Counted from the whole stretch's first letter, positions 24,738-37,097 are shown. The stretch is 62,836 nt of DNA, filler included, from Globobulimina sp. (GCA_003354225.1; 28 parts of 28 records of this genome joined end to end with filler, not necessarily neighbours in it), one strand, 5' to 3'. Notes: generated by a model from the sequence alone, not told the origin. A program made the numbers and translations.

Positions 24738-25437
24738 TGTTTACAAAAACGGAGCAATTCACCAAGATATTTTCCTTTGTCAATAATGAATGGTTCGCCG
24801 CCGGCAAAGTTTATTTTACGCATTCCATACTCTGCTAATAATTCCAATCCTTGTTTGGCTTCATTTAATGGGAGATACGACTCTGTTTTCGCTGTTATGG
24901 AGAACAAATCACATTTATAGTATTAAAAATGGAATATTCGCAATTTGCAGTATACACATTACGTATCAACAATGATATACAAGTGGTAATTTTAAATTTT
25001 AATATAGATTAGATTGATGTACAATGTTATACAAACGTTTGCAAATAAATGTACAATAACTACGTATACATAAATCAATGATCGGCATGTGTTGATAATA
25101 CGATTGTAATTACATTCAATGATCATTGCTGATATTTAAGTATGCTGCAAATTCATGCACGTTTTTCACCAACACAAAGTACCAAGATTCAAGGTTTGTA
25201 TAACAGGAAAGGTTGAAAAACAAATGGAATTGGAATACGATGCAGAAACTTAGCTAACAAACCTGTGTGGAAACAGAAACCACATTTATAGTTACATTTC
25301 CTTGTGATAAAGTAATTGATATACAGTGGTCCTTTGGGTAATGGCGTTGTGTATGTTGCAGTACTTTTGCGAATTAAATCATATGATTTGCCAGTTATTA
25401 TCTTGATTTGCTTGATTCTGTTGATACGAGAGAACAT
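24738..25437 (-). CDS. RSAD2: Viperin (radical SAM ddhNTP synthase), 3'-truncated; intron 24892-25262
   Basis: Spliced [70 protein letters not shown] closely follows the viperin N-terminal core (CxxxCxxC, GGEP). Confidence 0.93.
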
Positions 25438-25494
25438 TTTAGAATAATTTGTTTCAGTGATTAGAGTTTTCAGTTGCTTTGAAGTTTGAACATC

Positions 25495-26568
25495 ATGCAA
25501 AATTTTATACTTTTGTTAATTTGCCTGCCATGTATATTGTTGGAATCAACAGAATTAAATGTGTGTCAATCAACAGATGAATATTTTGAAGAGATTGTAA
25601 TTCCAGAAATTGATATTTCATCGTTTACATCGGGTGATAATATTACTCGTTTGCAAATAGCAAATCTATTTGATTCTGGTTTTTATAAATACGGAATAGT
25701 TCGTGTAATAAATCACGAAATACCACTCAAATTAATTGATAATATTTTCGTTGAAATGCATAATTTTTTCCATGATAATTTGGATATAAAAATGGAATAT
25801 AATATGGGTGATTTTGGTGCTCCAGGATATATACCAAAAGACAAAGAAAGTTTGTATTTAAATTCAACAGAATTTGAACCAACGGAATCGTTTCATTTTG
25901 TGGCAAATTACAGTGATCTATTTTCAATGCAATGTGGTTCTCCGTTTTTTCCATTTGATTCACAAAATGGGCTTCCAACTCATTTTACAGATTCAAATAT
26001 ATCAAAATATTATTATTTTCTTCGCAAATTATTGAACAATATCCATCAAATTGCATCAATTGCATTGGGATACGAATATAATATTTTTGAATCAAAAATG
26101 AATGAAAATAGTTTTTTAGGTTTAAGAATGACATATTATTTTGAAATGGATCCGGATAATAATTGTAATGAATATTATTTGCGTTTAAATGAACATCGCG
26201 ATTTTGCGGGTTTTGCATTGATACAAAATGATAAAAATAATGCAGATGGTTTACAGATTAAATTTAATAATAAATATTATAATATTAAATATGTTGAAAA
26301 TTCAATGTTGATACTTGGTGGTGATTTTATTCGTTTTTATACAAACAATTATTGGAAAAGTGTTTTACATCGAGTTTTAACAAAAAATAATTTGGAAAGA
26401 TTTACAATGATTGGCTTTTCTGGGACTGATTTGAAAGAAAGAATTGATTTATTGCAGGATTGCAACAAATGCAATATTGAACAAAGACATTTTCATCCAG
26501 TTGTTGGTCAAGAATGGCTAAATAAACGAGTACATGATGCAAATGCTATGAATAACGTAAATACGTAA
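25495..26568 (+). CDS. 2OG-Fe(II) dioxygenase (IPNS/DIOX_N family) with an N-terminal signal peptide
   Basis: [28 protein letters not shown] iron ligands; distal His (SVLHRV); RFT 2OG-binding motif; intronless. Confidence 0.88.
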   Translation: MQNFILLLICLPCILLESTELNVCQSTDEYFEEIVIPEIDISSFTSGDNITRLQIANLFDSGFYKYGIVRVINHEIPLKLIDNIFVEMHNFFHDNLDIKMEYNMGDFGAPGYIPKDKESLYLNSTEFEPTESFHFVANYSDLFSMQCGSPFFPFDSQNGLPTHFTDSNISKYYYFLRKLLNNIHQIASIALGYEYNIFESKMNENSFLGLRMTYYFEMDPDNNCNEYYLRLNEHRDFAGFALIQNDKNNADGLQIKFNNKYYNIKYVENSMLILGGDFIRFYTNNYWKSVLHRVLTKNNLERFTMIGFSGTDLKERIDLLQDCNKCNIEQRHFHPVVGQEWLNKRVHDANAMNNVNT

Positions 26569-26706
26569 TCACATAATCTTGTCGTGATTCGTGAACGTAT
26601 ACGTATTAAAAAACAAATTCAAATGAACTTCATAAATATCTTATCATCCTGACAAAACTTTTTAGTTTCTCTTGTCTTCTTCCTGCAAACTTAATTTAAA
26701 CCAAAG

Positions 26707-26885
26707 AAAAAAAGAAGATATATGTGTATAGAAGATTGAATAACAAAGCACCTATTGATTATGTGGAATGTGAATGCGATTTAATCGGCACTTAAGCTGA
26801 ATGGTGATAGGGGATTTTTGCTGCTCCGTTTCCGGCCTCACACGGTACTCCCTCTTATTAGCAACCCCGAAGAATATCGCACAAT
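26707..26885 (-). ncRNA. Signal recognition particle (7SL) RNA, S domain and 3' part; 5' end cut by the contig edge
   Basis: Minus strand reads UAAGAGGGAGUACCGUGUGAGGCCGGAAACGGAGCAGCAAAAAUCCC, i.e. helix 8 with GAAA tetraloop and AGG/AGCAG SRP54 loop plus conserved flanks; oligo-T (Pol III terminator-like) at 26713-26707; 3' end approximate. Confidence 0.85.
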
Positions 26886-27413
26886 NNNNNNNNNNNNNNN
26901 NNNNNNNNNNNNNNNNNNNNNNNNNNNNNTTAATTAATTAANNNNNNNNNNNNNNNNNNNNNNNNNNNNNNNNNNNNNNNNNNNNGATCTTTGCATTCTT
27001 CTTTTTTTGGCTATTTTTTAGGAATCAACGACCAAAACAAATCATAAAAAATACATTCTCCTGCAAATAATAAATCTTATTAATTAGTAAAATAAATCTT
27101 ATTTTTAATGACTTTTTATGTTGCTTGTTTTTTTTGTGGCGCTTAATAATTAATTTAATTATAATTATACATGACTACGTGTACTAAATTTATTAGTCAT
27201 GCATGAAAATATTATACCAGCATAACGTAACTGTATACAAATTGTTTACATAATCTGTTTGAACAAAAACGAATTGATGTTGATCGGGTATTTGATAATT
27301 CAATTAAATATTCATTTTAATCATAATCGAAAGAGAGATGGCAAATAGAAAAAAAAAGATCACAGCATGACTTGAGACAAACTGTGTTTGATAAAAGAAG
27401 GTAACATTGTGCA

Positions 27414-29094
27414 TCAAACTGTGTTTGTCATTATATGCGGATTATTATTATTATTTTTTGCTCCATCGCCATATCTATACTCATAATATGCATTATTATA
27501 ATTCCAATTCTTTTCATCCAAACTTTTAACTCTGACATTCTTTTTTTTAGTTCCCGTTTGTTTATGCTTTCCATTATTTACCTCATTTACTGTTATCAAA
27601 TAATGCGGAGATGGCATCATCACTCCTTTTGAATAATTTATATGCGACATACTTTTAAACAAATCACTACCCCGATACCAATAAATTAAAAACAATATCA
27701 GGCCATCCTGGAATATACAAACCCCCGCCGATGACAGCCATGGTAACTTATTGAACAAATCAGTTGGATTCGAATATATTTCCCTATTAATCATCATTGA
27801 CAAACACTGAGTTAGATTCCCACTGAAAGTCAAACAAAAAAACGCTGGATTTATGCCAGACACTGCCTTCGTATTCAACATCAATTTTAACTGCGGAATG
27901 CGCGATGAAATATATATTAAACTGGAAGTCCAACCTAATATTAAACCGATCATAACTAACATTGTTGTGTTCGTACTGTTAGAATCATTCTCACTTAATA
28001 ACATTCGCGAGTTGCTATCATAAGTATCAGTATTATTCGCCGTATTTACTCCACACAGCATCACCACAGTGACCCCCATAGTGGTCAATGTGCTCATTAT
28101 AGTACTCATAGATCCATAGTTAGGATTTGCGCCCAGTCGCAACGGCGCAGAGCTCCCATCTGCATCCATATTGTTGTTGTCTTTATAGATTTTAATTACC
28201 GATCTAGATTCAGCTGCTTCCAATGCCACTCGGTTAGTTTCATTCAGTGCCGGCGAGTCAGATGGCTCTGACGATGTAACTGTATCTGGATAACTATATT
28301 CCTTTTCATCTTCAGATTGTTGATCGTGAGGGAAAAAATATTGTTCCTGTTGACGTTTTTGAGCTGGAAAAGTTGAAAACAAATAAAATGTTTGTGATGG
28401 AGTGAAAGGATATGATTTTATTTGATATGTATGCTGTACCTTGCAGTGTTTCATATTCTCGCCGCATTCTTTTGGTTAATTGCGAGGATAAAGCAAACAT
28501 TCTGGGAGATCTTTGTAATATTTTTAAGGTTTTTTTTAATTTTGGTGAAATTGCATGGTTTGGAAGAGCTTGATAACGTTTTGCAAAGTATGGGGTGTCC
28601 CACATTGCTAAGTCTGTTGCTAAATCCATTGCAAATTTCTGTTTGTCTGTTGACAATGTCGCAGAGGGGGATGGTGCGCCAAATAATACGTGATGTTTAT
28701 ATGCGTTTTCTTGTTTATTAAAATTGTGTTTTCGCAGGAAATATTCATACCAAATAAACTGTAAACAGGCAAATGCTGTGAATGATAAATATACCAATGC
28801 CAAGGCTATATTTGTGATTAAATTTTTGGTCAGTAAACAGCCGCTGAAGTTGCAACAATCTCCGACTAGCCATAATAACCAAAACCAAAATGACTGTGAT
28901 TCTGCTGCTTTATTTTTACAGTTTGTTATGATTTGTGGTAATAAAGCAAAGGTCCACGATAAGACTGAGAGCCAACCCATAATGAATGCAATCTGGTCAA
29001 ATAAGTTGTAAATGCAGGTGCCTAATGGTTCGGTGAATGTCCATCGTAATGACTCGTTGTATTCGTTATGCAATGGACAAAGTGTATTGCTCAT
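27414..29094 (-). CDS. PQ-loop lysosomal/vacuolar amino-acid transporter (PQLC2/Ypq-like); intron 28364-28439
   Basis: Two PQ loops (ALLPQIITN; SRIPQL), SFWFWLLWLVGD, LPWL; long central loop. Confidence 0.85.
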
Positions 29095-29233
29095 TTTTTC
29101 TGCCACATGCAATTAGCACAACGTATATATATANNNNNNNNNNNNNNNNNNNNNNNNNNNNNNNNNNNNNNNNNNNNTTAATTAATTAANNNNNNNNNNN
29201 NNNNNNNNNNNNNNNNNNNNNNNNNNNNNNNNN

Positions 29234-29588
29234 TATGTGGAAGAAAGTATTTGCGTTGGCCACTGGCGCCGGGATCGCGCCGTTGATACCGTATGTGGTG
29301 AATACGAAGCATTTTGATGTGCAGATATCGCTGGTTTGGGTGGCCAGGGACCATAAGAATAATTATCCTGAGTTTATTGTTGATATTTTAATTCCGTTAC
29401 CGAATGTTATATTGTATGATACGACGAAACGAAAACGACCGGATTTGGCGTTGTTGGCTGTGGAAAAAGCGAAGGAATTTGAGGCTGAGGCTGTGTTTAT
29501 TGTATCGAACCCAAAAACCGCATATAATGTCGCCAATTATGTGAATCAAAAAGGAATTCCAGTGTTTGCATCTAATTTTGATGTATGA
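29234..29588 (+). CDS. C-terminal FNR-like NAD(P)-binding domain, 5'-truncated
   Basis: ALATGAGIAP, LVWVAR, EAVFIVSN, terminal NFDV. Confidence 0.7.
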
Positions 29589-30024
29589 ATTGATTAAAAT
29601 TATACGGACATTTACAGTATCTTTGCAGAATCATTTATTCTTAGATATGCATTGTTTACTATAATCATTTATTTTTTATTTTTTTTATTTACTTTCTTTT
29701 ATCATTTAATCATTTAGTATTTTGTGGATATTTTTGCTCCAAAAAAACAAAAAAAATAGACTAGCAATTAAATGTTTTCAACTGCGTGCAAATCCTACAT
29801 TTTTATAACTCAAAAACTTTCTTTTTCAATATAAATCTTACAAGTTAAAATGCTAACTATTCAATTGAATAAGAAACCAATTGTTACCTGCACTCCTTTA
29901 AATACTCCCATTACTCCAATATCTGTAGTTTAGTGTCTTGTGTATATACAATATTGTCACTCCGCACATCATCCATCATGTAATCGAACAGGTGATCAAA
30001 GTCAAATATTCTGTGACAACGGCA

Positions 30025-31171
30025 ATGAAAAAAGCAGGATATGTCCCATTAATGCGAATCGACAAAACCCTACAAGGTACAAGTCAGATACTTGTGTTTT
30101 TTTTATGTTTATCATACATCCTAAACATATACATGCATTCATGCAAAAACCTGATGAAAAGGCTGCGTATGGAAAGTGTCAAAGGGTGGAAATATTTACG
30201 TCATCAAAATAACCAACAAATCATTGCATAAAAAGCATGTAACAAAGCAAGACGGCGAAGAAATCAAAATCTCTGAAAATATCATCAAAGAAAAAACAAT
30301 CTTAAAATACTTATCCTATTACGACCCGCCATCCTCATTAGCAAAATACGTCGATTTCTTCATAGATAAATACAATTATTTTTTAGTCACGCAATTTGCA
30401 GGAAAAATGTCGTTATTTGAGTTTGTCAAAACGTGTCACCAATATATCGCCGAAGGCATTCTACACATCAAAGAATGGCAGAAATTCTGTAAAATTGCTA
30501 TGAAACAAATGGTGGATTTATTGTATTGGATGCACGATAAAATGCAGTTAAGTCTGATTTTTTTTTGCCTCACAATCCGACCATGGCTCACATTGTTTTT
30601 TTACCGTTAATTCTGATTTTCAAAAATCACAGTTGTTCGCATATGGACGTATCGTTAGAAAATTTTGTCATCGACAATGTGATGGTTATACAAGACACCA
30701 AAACTGGTAAGATTTCATTTTCTGCAGAATTCCAAATTAAAATCATAGATTTTGGCGTAGCTGAAGGTACATTTTGTTGTTTGTATACCATTTATATTTG
30801 ATAACATATGCCACGAAAATACAGTATTCTGTGAAATGGACTTCACATCGAATAAGAATGTGGGCAAAACGCAATACAAAGCGCCTAACTTATATGCAAG
30901 AAAAGCGTTCGATGCGCGAGCCGCAGATATTTGGTCCTTAGCTGTGGTGTTTTTTATTATGTTGATCGGTGTGCCGCCATTTTACAAACCGAGCATCAAA
31001 GACGCCGCTTTTAAGATGATTATGAACGGCAATTTGAAGGAATTATTGTCTGCGTGGAATAAAATGAAGTATGTTACACCGCAAATATTGAATTTGCTGT
31101 ATTCGTTATTGCAAAAAGAAAAATATCGATTAACGATAAAGGATATCAAAATACATCCTTTTTTGTTGTGA
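30025..31171 (+). CDS. Ser/Thr protein kinase (CAMK-like, HxDxSLEN type); introns 30077-30161, 30547-30632 and about 30767-30823
   Basis: Spliced TLQG|CVWK, YVIK, HMDVSLEN, IIDFG, VGKTQYKAP, DIWSL; start codon uncertain. Confidence 0.88.
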
Positions 31172-31481
31172 GTTTATGTGTGAAATAATATATTATCTTT
31201 TTAGTATAATTAATGTGTAATTTCAAGAGTAGTATTTTCGTTTTGTTGTGAAATGTTTTTGATTGGATTGTTTTTGTTGTGTTTCCAATTCGTTTTTCAA
31301 TTGTTTTTGGTATGGCATACCGAACAAAATCAATTTGTGGGTTTTTTTTTTGTTGAATTTTGTCTCTTTTTCTTTCTTCAANNNNNNNNNNNNNNNNNNN
31401 NNNNNNNNNNNNNNNNNNNNNNNNNTTAATTAATTAANNNNNNNNNNNNNNNNNNNNNNNNNNNNNNNNNNNNNNNNNNNN

Positions 31482-32606
31482 TATAATTATATGCATATAA
31501 TGCCTTCCATCATTGAATGGTGTAAAAAACCATTTTCCTTTGGTCAATTTGTACGCATCAAACAAATAAACATTAAAGCCTAATTTTTGATATTTATTTA
31601 CATTTTCTCTCATCAACTTATTTACCGCTGAAACACCGCCATCATTTAAAAATGTATATTCCTGACACACTGAAGTGCTTTTATTCCGATCCAATTTTGA
31701 ATTTGTTTCTGTTATGTTGGAACATTCATTGATGTATTCATTATATCTTATGTTTTTTTGCGAATATATCCGTTGCGCTGCTTTATAACTTCCAGACCAT
31801 TTATCATAACAAATCCAGTTCGTATTCATGAAAATTAAACAAGTGTTTTTGCTGCGAGCCTTTGCTTGGTGTTTAATGGCAAAATCCAGCCATTCTTGGA
31901 AATATACGCCATTTTCGTATTTTAAAATTGTTTCAATCGCATTCATTTTAAACTTAAAGTCTCTGACCGGATGCAACTGCAACAACCATAAACCATAACC
32001 ATCTGTGATGACAGCATCCAATTTGTTATTCAATGGTTGAGTACGAATGAAGTCGTAATCATCCGATGTTATATCAAATGAAAACGAATATTGATGTACT
32101 AAAGTTACATTGATCCCTTTTTTAACGCAATTTTGTACAAAATGCCTGTTTGATATTAGATGTCCAATCATGTCCAAATTGGATATTATTATATCTCTAT
32201 AAATGTTATCTATTTTATATGTTGAATTGCAAAAAATAGCGTGGAAGATTCCTGCCAACTCTTTAATCATTGAGTCGCCGCGCATGAAAATTGTTTTATT
32301 ATTCAATAATGAATATAAAGCTGGATTGTATAAACCATAAAATGTGATGTTGTTTATTATTATATCTTCAGCTGATAATGTTGCTAAATGACTTATATAT
32401 TCATCAAAAGTATGTTGCAACACTACAATTCTATTTTCGTTGCTTGTGCTCGTAATTGTACTTATTGTGGTGTTTACGTTCTTAAATTCCATCATATCCA
32501 GAGCTACGTTCTCAAATATAAACCATATTCCAAATACAATCAACAATGTGAGTAGTGCTTTTCTTTGATATCCTACGATACTTCGATTTAAACATGCAAG
32601 ATACAT
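31482..32606 (-). CDS. Type II membrane protein with an SGNH/PC-esterase-like domain, 3'-truncated
   Basis: N-terminal TM anchor, FMRGDS (GDS) motif and DGRH (DxxH) motif. Confidence 0.6.
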
Positions 32607-32684
32607 TTTTTTTGAAGTCAAGTTTTATAATAGTCTTTTTTTTTATTTGTTTGATACACAAAAGCGATATTTTAATATATTCAT

Positions 32685-33629
32685 TCATTCATGGTTTACT
32701 ATTTTATGTACAGTCAAGCCAACAGAAGGTGCCGTAGTAAATTGATGATTTAATGGTACTTTTGGTATGGATGCGTAATAATTTTTATTCACATAAGATT
32801 TAAATTGTTTCACTTTATCAGCCTCAACCAATGACACAACGCATCCACCAAATCCAGCGCCAGTCAATCTTGATCCGAATGCACCACCTTCAATACACAA
32901 CGACTGTAATTCATCCAACTCATCACAACTGCATTCATACTTATCCCTACAACTTAAGTGACTGTCACTCATCAACTTTCCTAGCCGCCTCACAATAATC
33001 TCCTTATAATTATCCCTCTCATCATCCTCATAATTATCCAGACAAAGGTCTCTACACTCCTTCATTCGATGTGCTTCTCCATATACATGTAATGCCCTTT
33101 TCTGTAATGGCAATCTATATTTCTCCATTTCCCTCAACTCAGCCAACACAATTTTGCCTTTTTCCAATCCAACCAGCAAATCCTCCAAATTTATACCCAA
33201 CTCTTGACACTCCAAATCATCTTCAATTTGTTGTATTGAATAACTCCAATCATTCATTAAATCCATGCTCCGAAATAATAACTCATCTAATTCCATATTT
33301 GTTATTTGCTGTACATCTCGAAATGTCAACACCTGTCTCCATTGTTTTAGTTTCAATAACTTTGCTAATAACACCGCAGCCAATCTACATTCAACTGTAC
33401 GCGTATTATAATTCCGCGTACCTTGTATTGAATATTGCAATGGCGATAAACAATTACTTACAACCCATCTTACATTCAAGTGTGCGGGCAATGGCACGTC
33501 CAAACCGCATAAATCTGGCAATGTAATATATTTTGCATAGCCTTTATGTGCAGTCATAACAATTGTTTCATCCATTCCAGAGACAGAGACAGAGTCCACA
33601 CTCAAGCTGCAAAGTGCAGCAATCTCAGA
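32685..33629 (-). CDS. GHMP kinase (galactokinase / N-acetylgalactosamine kinase), 5'-truncated
   Basis: GMD, YNTRTVECRLAA, RALHVYGEA.R, SHLSCRDKYECS, GSRLTGAGFGGC. Confidence 0.9.
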   Translation of the reverse strand, partial: SEIAALCSLSVDSVSVSGMDETIVMTAHKGYAKYITLPDLCGLDVPLPAHLNVRWVVSNCLSPLQYSIQGTRNYNTRTVECRLAAVLLAKLLKLKQWRQVLTFRDVQQITNMELDELLFRSMDLMNDWSYSIQQIEDDLECQELGINLEDLLVGLEKGKIVLAELREMEKYRLPLQKRALHVYGEAHRMKECRDLCLDNYEDDERDNYKEIIVRRLGKLMSDSHLSCRDKYECSCDELDELQSLCIEGGAFGSRLTGAGFGGCVVSLVEADKVKQFKSYVNKNYYASIPKVPLNHQFTTAPSVGLTVHKIVNHE

Positions 33630-33999
33630 NNNNNNNNNNNNNNNNNNNNNNNNNNNNNNNNNNNNNNNNNNNNTTAATTAATTAANNNNNNNNNNNNNNN
33701 NNNNNNNNNNNNNNNNNNNNNNNNNNNNNTGTCTGAAACTATCTGGTTCAGTATCTCAATTTGTCAGAGAGTGTGCCTATGACTGCGGTCATCCCAAACC
33801 CAACCACTTTGCTTCGGCATTATAAACAAAATAAAAAGAACTTAAAACCAAATTATCTATTCTTTGACTGCTAGGGTTGTTTAAAAAATAGTCATAAGAT
33901 ACAATGCACATCGATGTGGGTTAAAATCCTGTCTGAACCATCAAGTCCGCTGTCTTGTTTTTTTTGCAATTCTGAATTTAAGTTTATGCAAAAACTAAC

Positions 34000-34237
34000 C
34001 CGGCCGTATGAACGTAACCATTGCTTTGGCCAAAGGATGTTCACTGTTTAATTCACTGCAATCTAATTAAACAAAATAATATTTCCTCCTCTGTTAATGT
34101 CTTTTTTTTGTCAGCAAAGCTCACAAAATCAACCACTTTCGGTCTGCCATAGGTTAAAGTGCCAGTTTTATCAAACACAATAATGTTTAAATAATGTGCA
34201 ATTTCCAACTGTCATTACCACCTTTAATCAAACATCC
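34000..34237 (-). pseudogene. Degenerate P1B heavy-metal (Cu-type) ATPase fragment
   Basis: LIKGG, then LEIAHYLNIIVFDKTGTLTYGRPKV, then SELNSEHPLAKAM, separated by two frameshifts; absent from the ORF track. Confidence 0.75.
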
Positions 34238-34462
34238 ATAATTAAATCGGCAAATCGGCAAAGTTTGTTTGCGAATCTTAATAATTGTAGAGCTTACAGA
34301 ATCTGATTTATAATACATTTATCGACACGCACTAATATTTATATGCTCGAACTGATCACGTTACGTGGCAAGGATTTCAGTGAAAGCACGTTTATTGTGT
34401 GACATCTACTTCAAAAACTTGAAAACTAAATCTTTTTTAGTTGAAGCCAGAAGCAAGCAAGC

Positions 34463-35014
34463 ATGCCACGTCCATGTATTTTATTGACAAACTCGGGTAC
34501 TCCGCTACCTAATACCGTGTTAGATCCACGATATCATCCATTAGGCCAACCCGGTCCGAAAAATCGTGGGCCAGTATTTATCACAAAAGTACCGCCAGGG
34601 TTACGTTTACCAGCATTTATATTTGGATATTGTTTTTGTACATGGACTATAAGACATTGGATGTATCCAATGCATGCGCGCACTGTGCATAATGTAGAAT
34701 TACCCATTCATTCCAAACGCGAAGTAGACGGTGTATGGTCTGAGAGATTTCGAAAACAAAAAGATATTTATAGATGGGGCCATGTTTACGCCAAAATGCA
34801 AGAAAATCGAATCAGAGAAGCCAAAAAATGTGGTGAATTACCTGACAATTATCCTGAAAATGAGGAGCAATTAGCTCGTATGGACCCGGCTGTATTTGAA
34901 GCAATGATGCCGAAGGTTACCAAAGTAAGGTTTGATGTTGGTGTAGATCGATGTGATGGCATCACCAATCTCAGACATCCATTACCTCCCGGACATGGTT
35001 TGGCGAATAAATAA
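34463..35014 (+). CDS. Small single-TM protein; possibly a divergent mitochondrial complex I accessory subunit (NDUFA13-like layout)
   Basis: Complete 183-aa ORF; Pro-rich start, one aromatic hydrophobic helix, charged helical tail; family call is weak. Confidence 0.4.
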   Translation: MPRPCILLTNSGTPLPNTVLDPRYHPLGQPGPKNRGPVFITKVPPGLRLPAFIFGYCFCTWTIRHWMYPMHARTVHNVELPIHSKREVDGVWSERFRKQKDIYRWGHVYAKMQENRIREAKKCGELPDNYPENEEQLARMDPAVFEAMMPKVTKVRFDVGVDRCDGITNLRHPLPPGHGLANK

Positions 35015-35312
35015 ATATATAACAGACAAATGTGACTTACATACCTTATCATATTCTTTTTTTAATAATTTATTACCTGATGTATCTCTGTTGTTGTTGT
35101 TGTTATCCTTGCACTCAAATTATATATACTGATATACATCATACTAACCGTGCTTTGTAATTTATATACAATTGCAATATAATTAAATTCACGCTTTAGC
35201 CTCTTTTGTTTCTCTGTATTTTATCCTTGCACAAAATATATATTGGAGGGGAGTGCGCAAAATATATCAGTCAAAACTCTTAAGCTTCAAAACTTTATTT
35301 AATTTAACATTA

Positions 35313-35877
35313 TTAGCAATCGGACAAATTATCAACAGCAATCATGATATTTTTTCTATGATTCTCAATATGAATCCCTATTCTTTCTAAATCTGTCTCT
35401 GTCAGATATCTGATGGTAAAAAAATCGTTAAACCCATTTTTGACAAACATCCGATAATATTGATTGCTATCACCAACACTAAATCCTTTAATATCATTAA
35501 GCCATTGATACAATTTGTGGTATTTAATTTCACCCTCTTCACTAATCCCTAAATCCTGCCCAGGCTCAGATAATACATCAATATCGACATCAATATCATG
35601 CATTTTCTGTTCCAGTCTATAATCCGATATCTGTGCCGAACTTGGTTCGTTTGCATATATAAACTTTCCCATATCATCAATATCAATTTCATCCAATGAT
35701 TTATATTTAACATTATCAGACTCAAACACTAAATCATCCAATATGCTTCCTTGCCGTTTGTGTAACAATCTATCATTCACTTTTGAACATTGTATATCAT
35801 TTAAACGCATTACATGAGCCTTTGGCGTAATATCACCAAACTCTTTTTTTATATACTCATTTTCCTCATTTTTCATT
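35313..35877 (-). CDS. C-terminal SAM-domain protein, 5'-truncated
   Basis: LYQWL..YYRMFVKNGF..LTETDLERIGI..HRKNIM SAM pattern. Confidence 0.7.
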
Positions 35878-36176
35878 NNNNNNNNNNNNNNNNNNNNNNN
35901 NNNNNNNNNNNNNNNNNNNNNTTAATTAATTAANNNNNNNNNNNNNNNNNNNNNNNNNNNNNNNNNNNNNNNNNNNNCCTCTTAAACTATATCCTTGCAC
36001 AATACAGCATGCCCGTAACAGCCCGTTAAAATCCGGACAGGTAAACTATAAAACTTTAACACAATATTAATATAACACATCGTGCATAAAATACAACTGA
36101 CATATTTAATAATAATGTAAAATACAAAGAGTCAAAGAATTTTTGTTTCATTTTCCAGATGCAGAGCAAAATCGGT

Positions 36177-36782
36177 TCAAAATAAATCCAAATTAATTCC
36201 ATTTAATGTACAAAAATATAATACAGCAAAAGTAAGAAATCCAATATTTAATTTGCTTGCATCATCGGCAAATGCAAACTCGCCGTCTTCGCACGGCATT
36301 GCAATCACCGTATAATTTTTACGCATATCTTTAGCAAAAAAATCATTCAAATCACATGTTTCCTTTCCAAACTCTCCTGTCCGAAGAACTTGATTACCAC
36401 ATTTTTCTGCACATCTGTTCATCATATTATATGTATACATAATTGCATATAGAGCTTAATTATTATAACACATAACATACACTGCAAAATATTCTCTCGA
36501 ATATGAAGAACACATAGTACCACAACTGCATGTTCTCGTGTTATATGACACTAATGAGCATATTTCAGTGGTTGCAATTAACGGCCAGGTTGGTGCTGGT
36601 GTTGTTGGCGAAGCAGTTGGTGTGGTGGGCATCGGTGTTATTATTGTTGTAAATATATCTGCTTCTGTTGTAAATATAGGTGATGATGTTGCAACTGGTC
36701 CTTTACCTCCACCACCTCCGGTTCTTTGTCCATAAGTTATCATTATATTTATAAAAGCAAATATTAATAATAGTGATTTCAT
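36177..36782 (-). CDS. Small secreted or GPI/TM-anchored Thr/Pro- and Cys-rich surface protein; intron 36415-36480
   Basis: Signal peptide, PTT-rich stalk, Cys-rich domain spliced in frame, hydrophobic C-terminus. Confidence 0.65.
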
Positions 36783-37097
36783 TGCTTATGATTTTAGCTC
36801 GCCTCGGCTTGAAGTATTATTATTACTGCAGCTTGTGACAAAGTTAGTATGTGTTTTTACTGTGTTTTTGCAAGCTCCTGATGTCTGGAAATTTAGGAGC
36901 ACTGTTAAGTTTGCATTTTATCCTATTATCACGCTTTTCGAAAGGGTTTACCTATTGTGGATTCTGAATAATTGCAGTTTAAAACCCTGACATAATTCTT
37001 TTCATGACGGAGATGAAAATAACGTTATGCCCGGTTTAAAATGCGGCAATATTTAAATAAAAACAACAATGACGAAACAGTTTAGATTTTCAATGTT

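Noticed and set aside
23474..25437. HECT ligase next to viperin as an immunity locus
   Set aside because: Separated by the artificial linker at 24638-24737
30633..30665. HMDVSLEN catalytic loop as evidence of a pseudokinase
   Set aside because: Catalytic Asp/Asn, the subdomain II Lys and DFG are intact; Ser in place of Lys here is seen in other protist kinases
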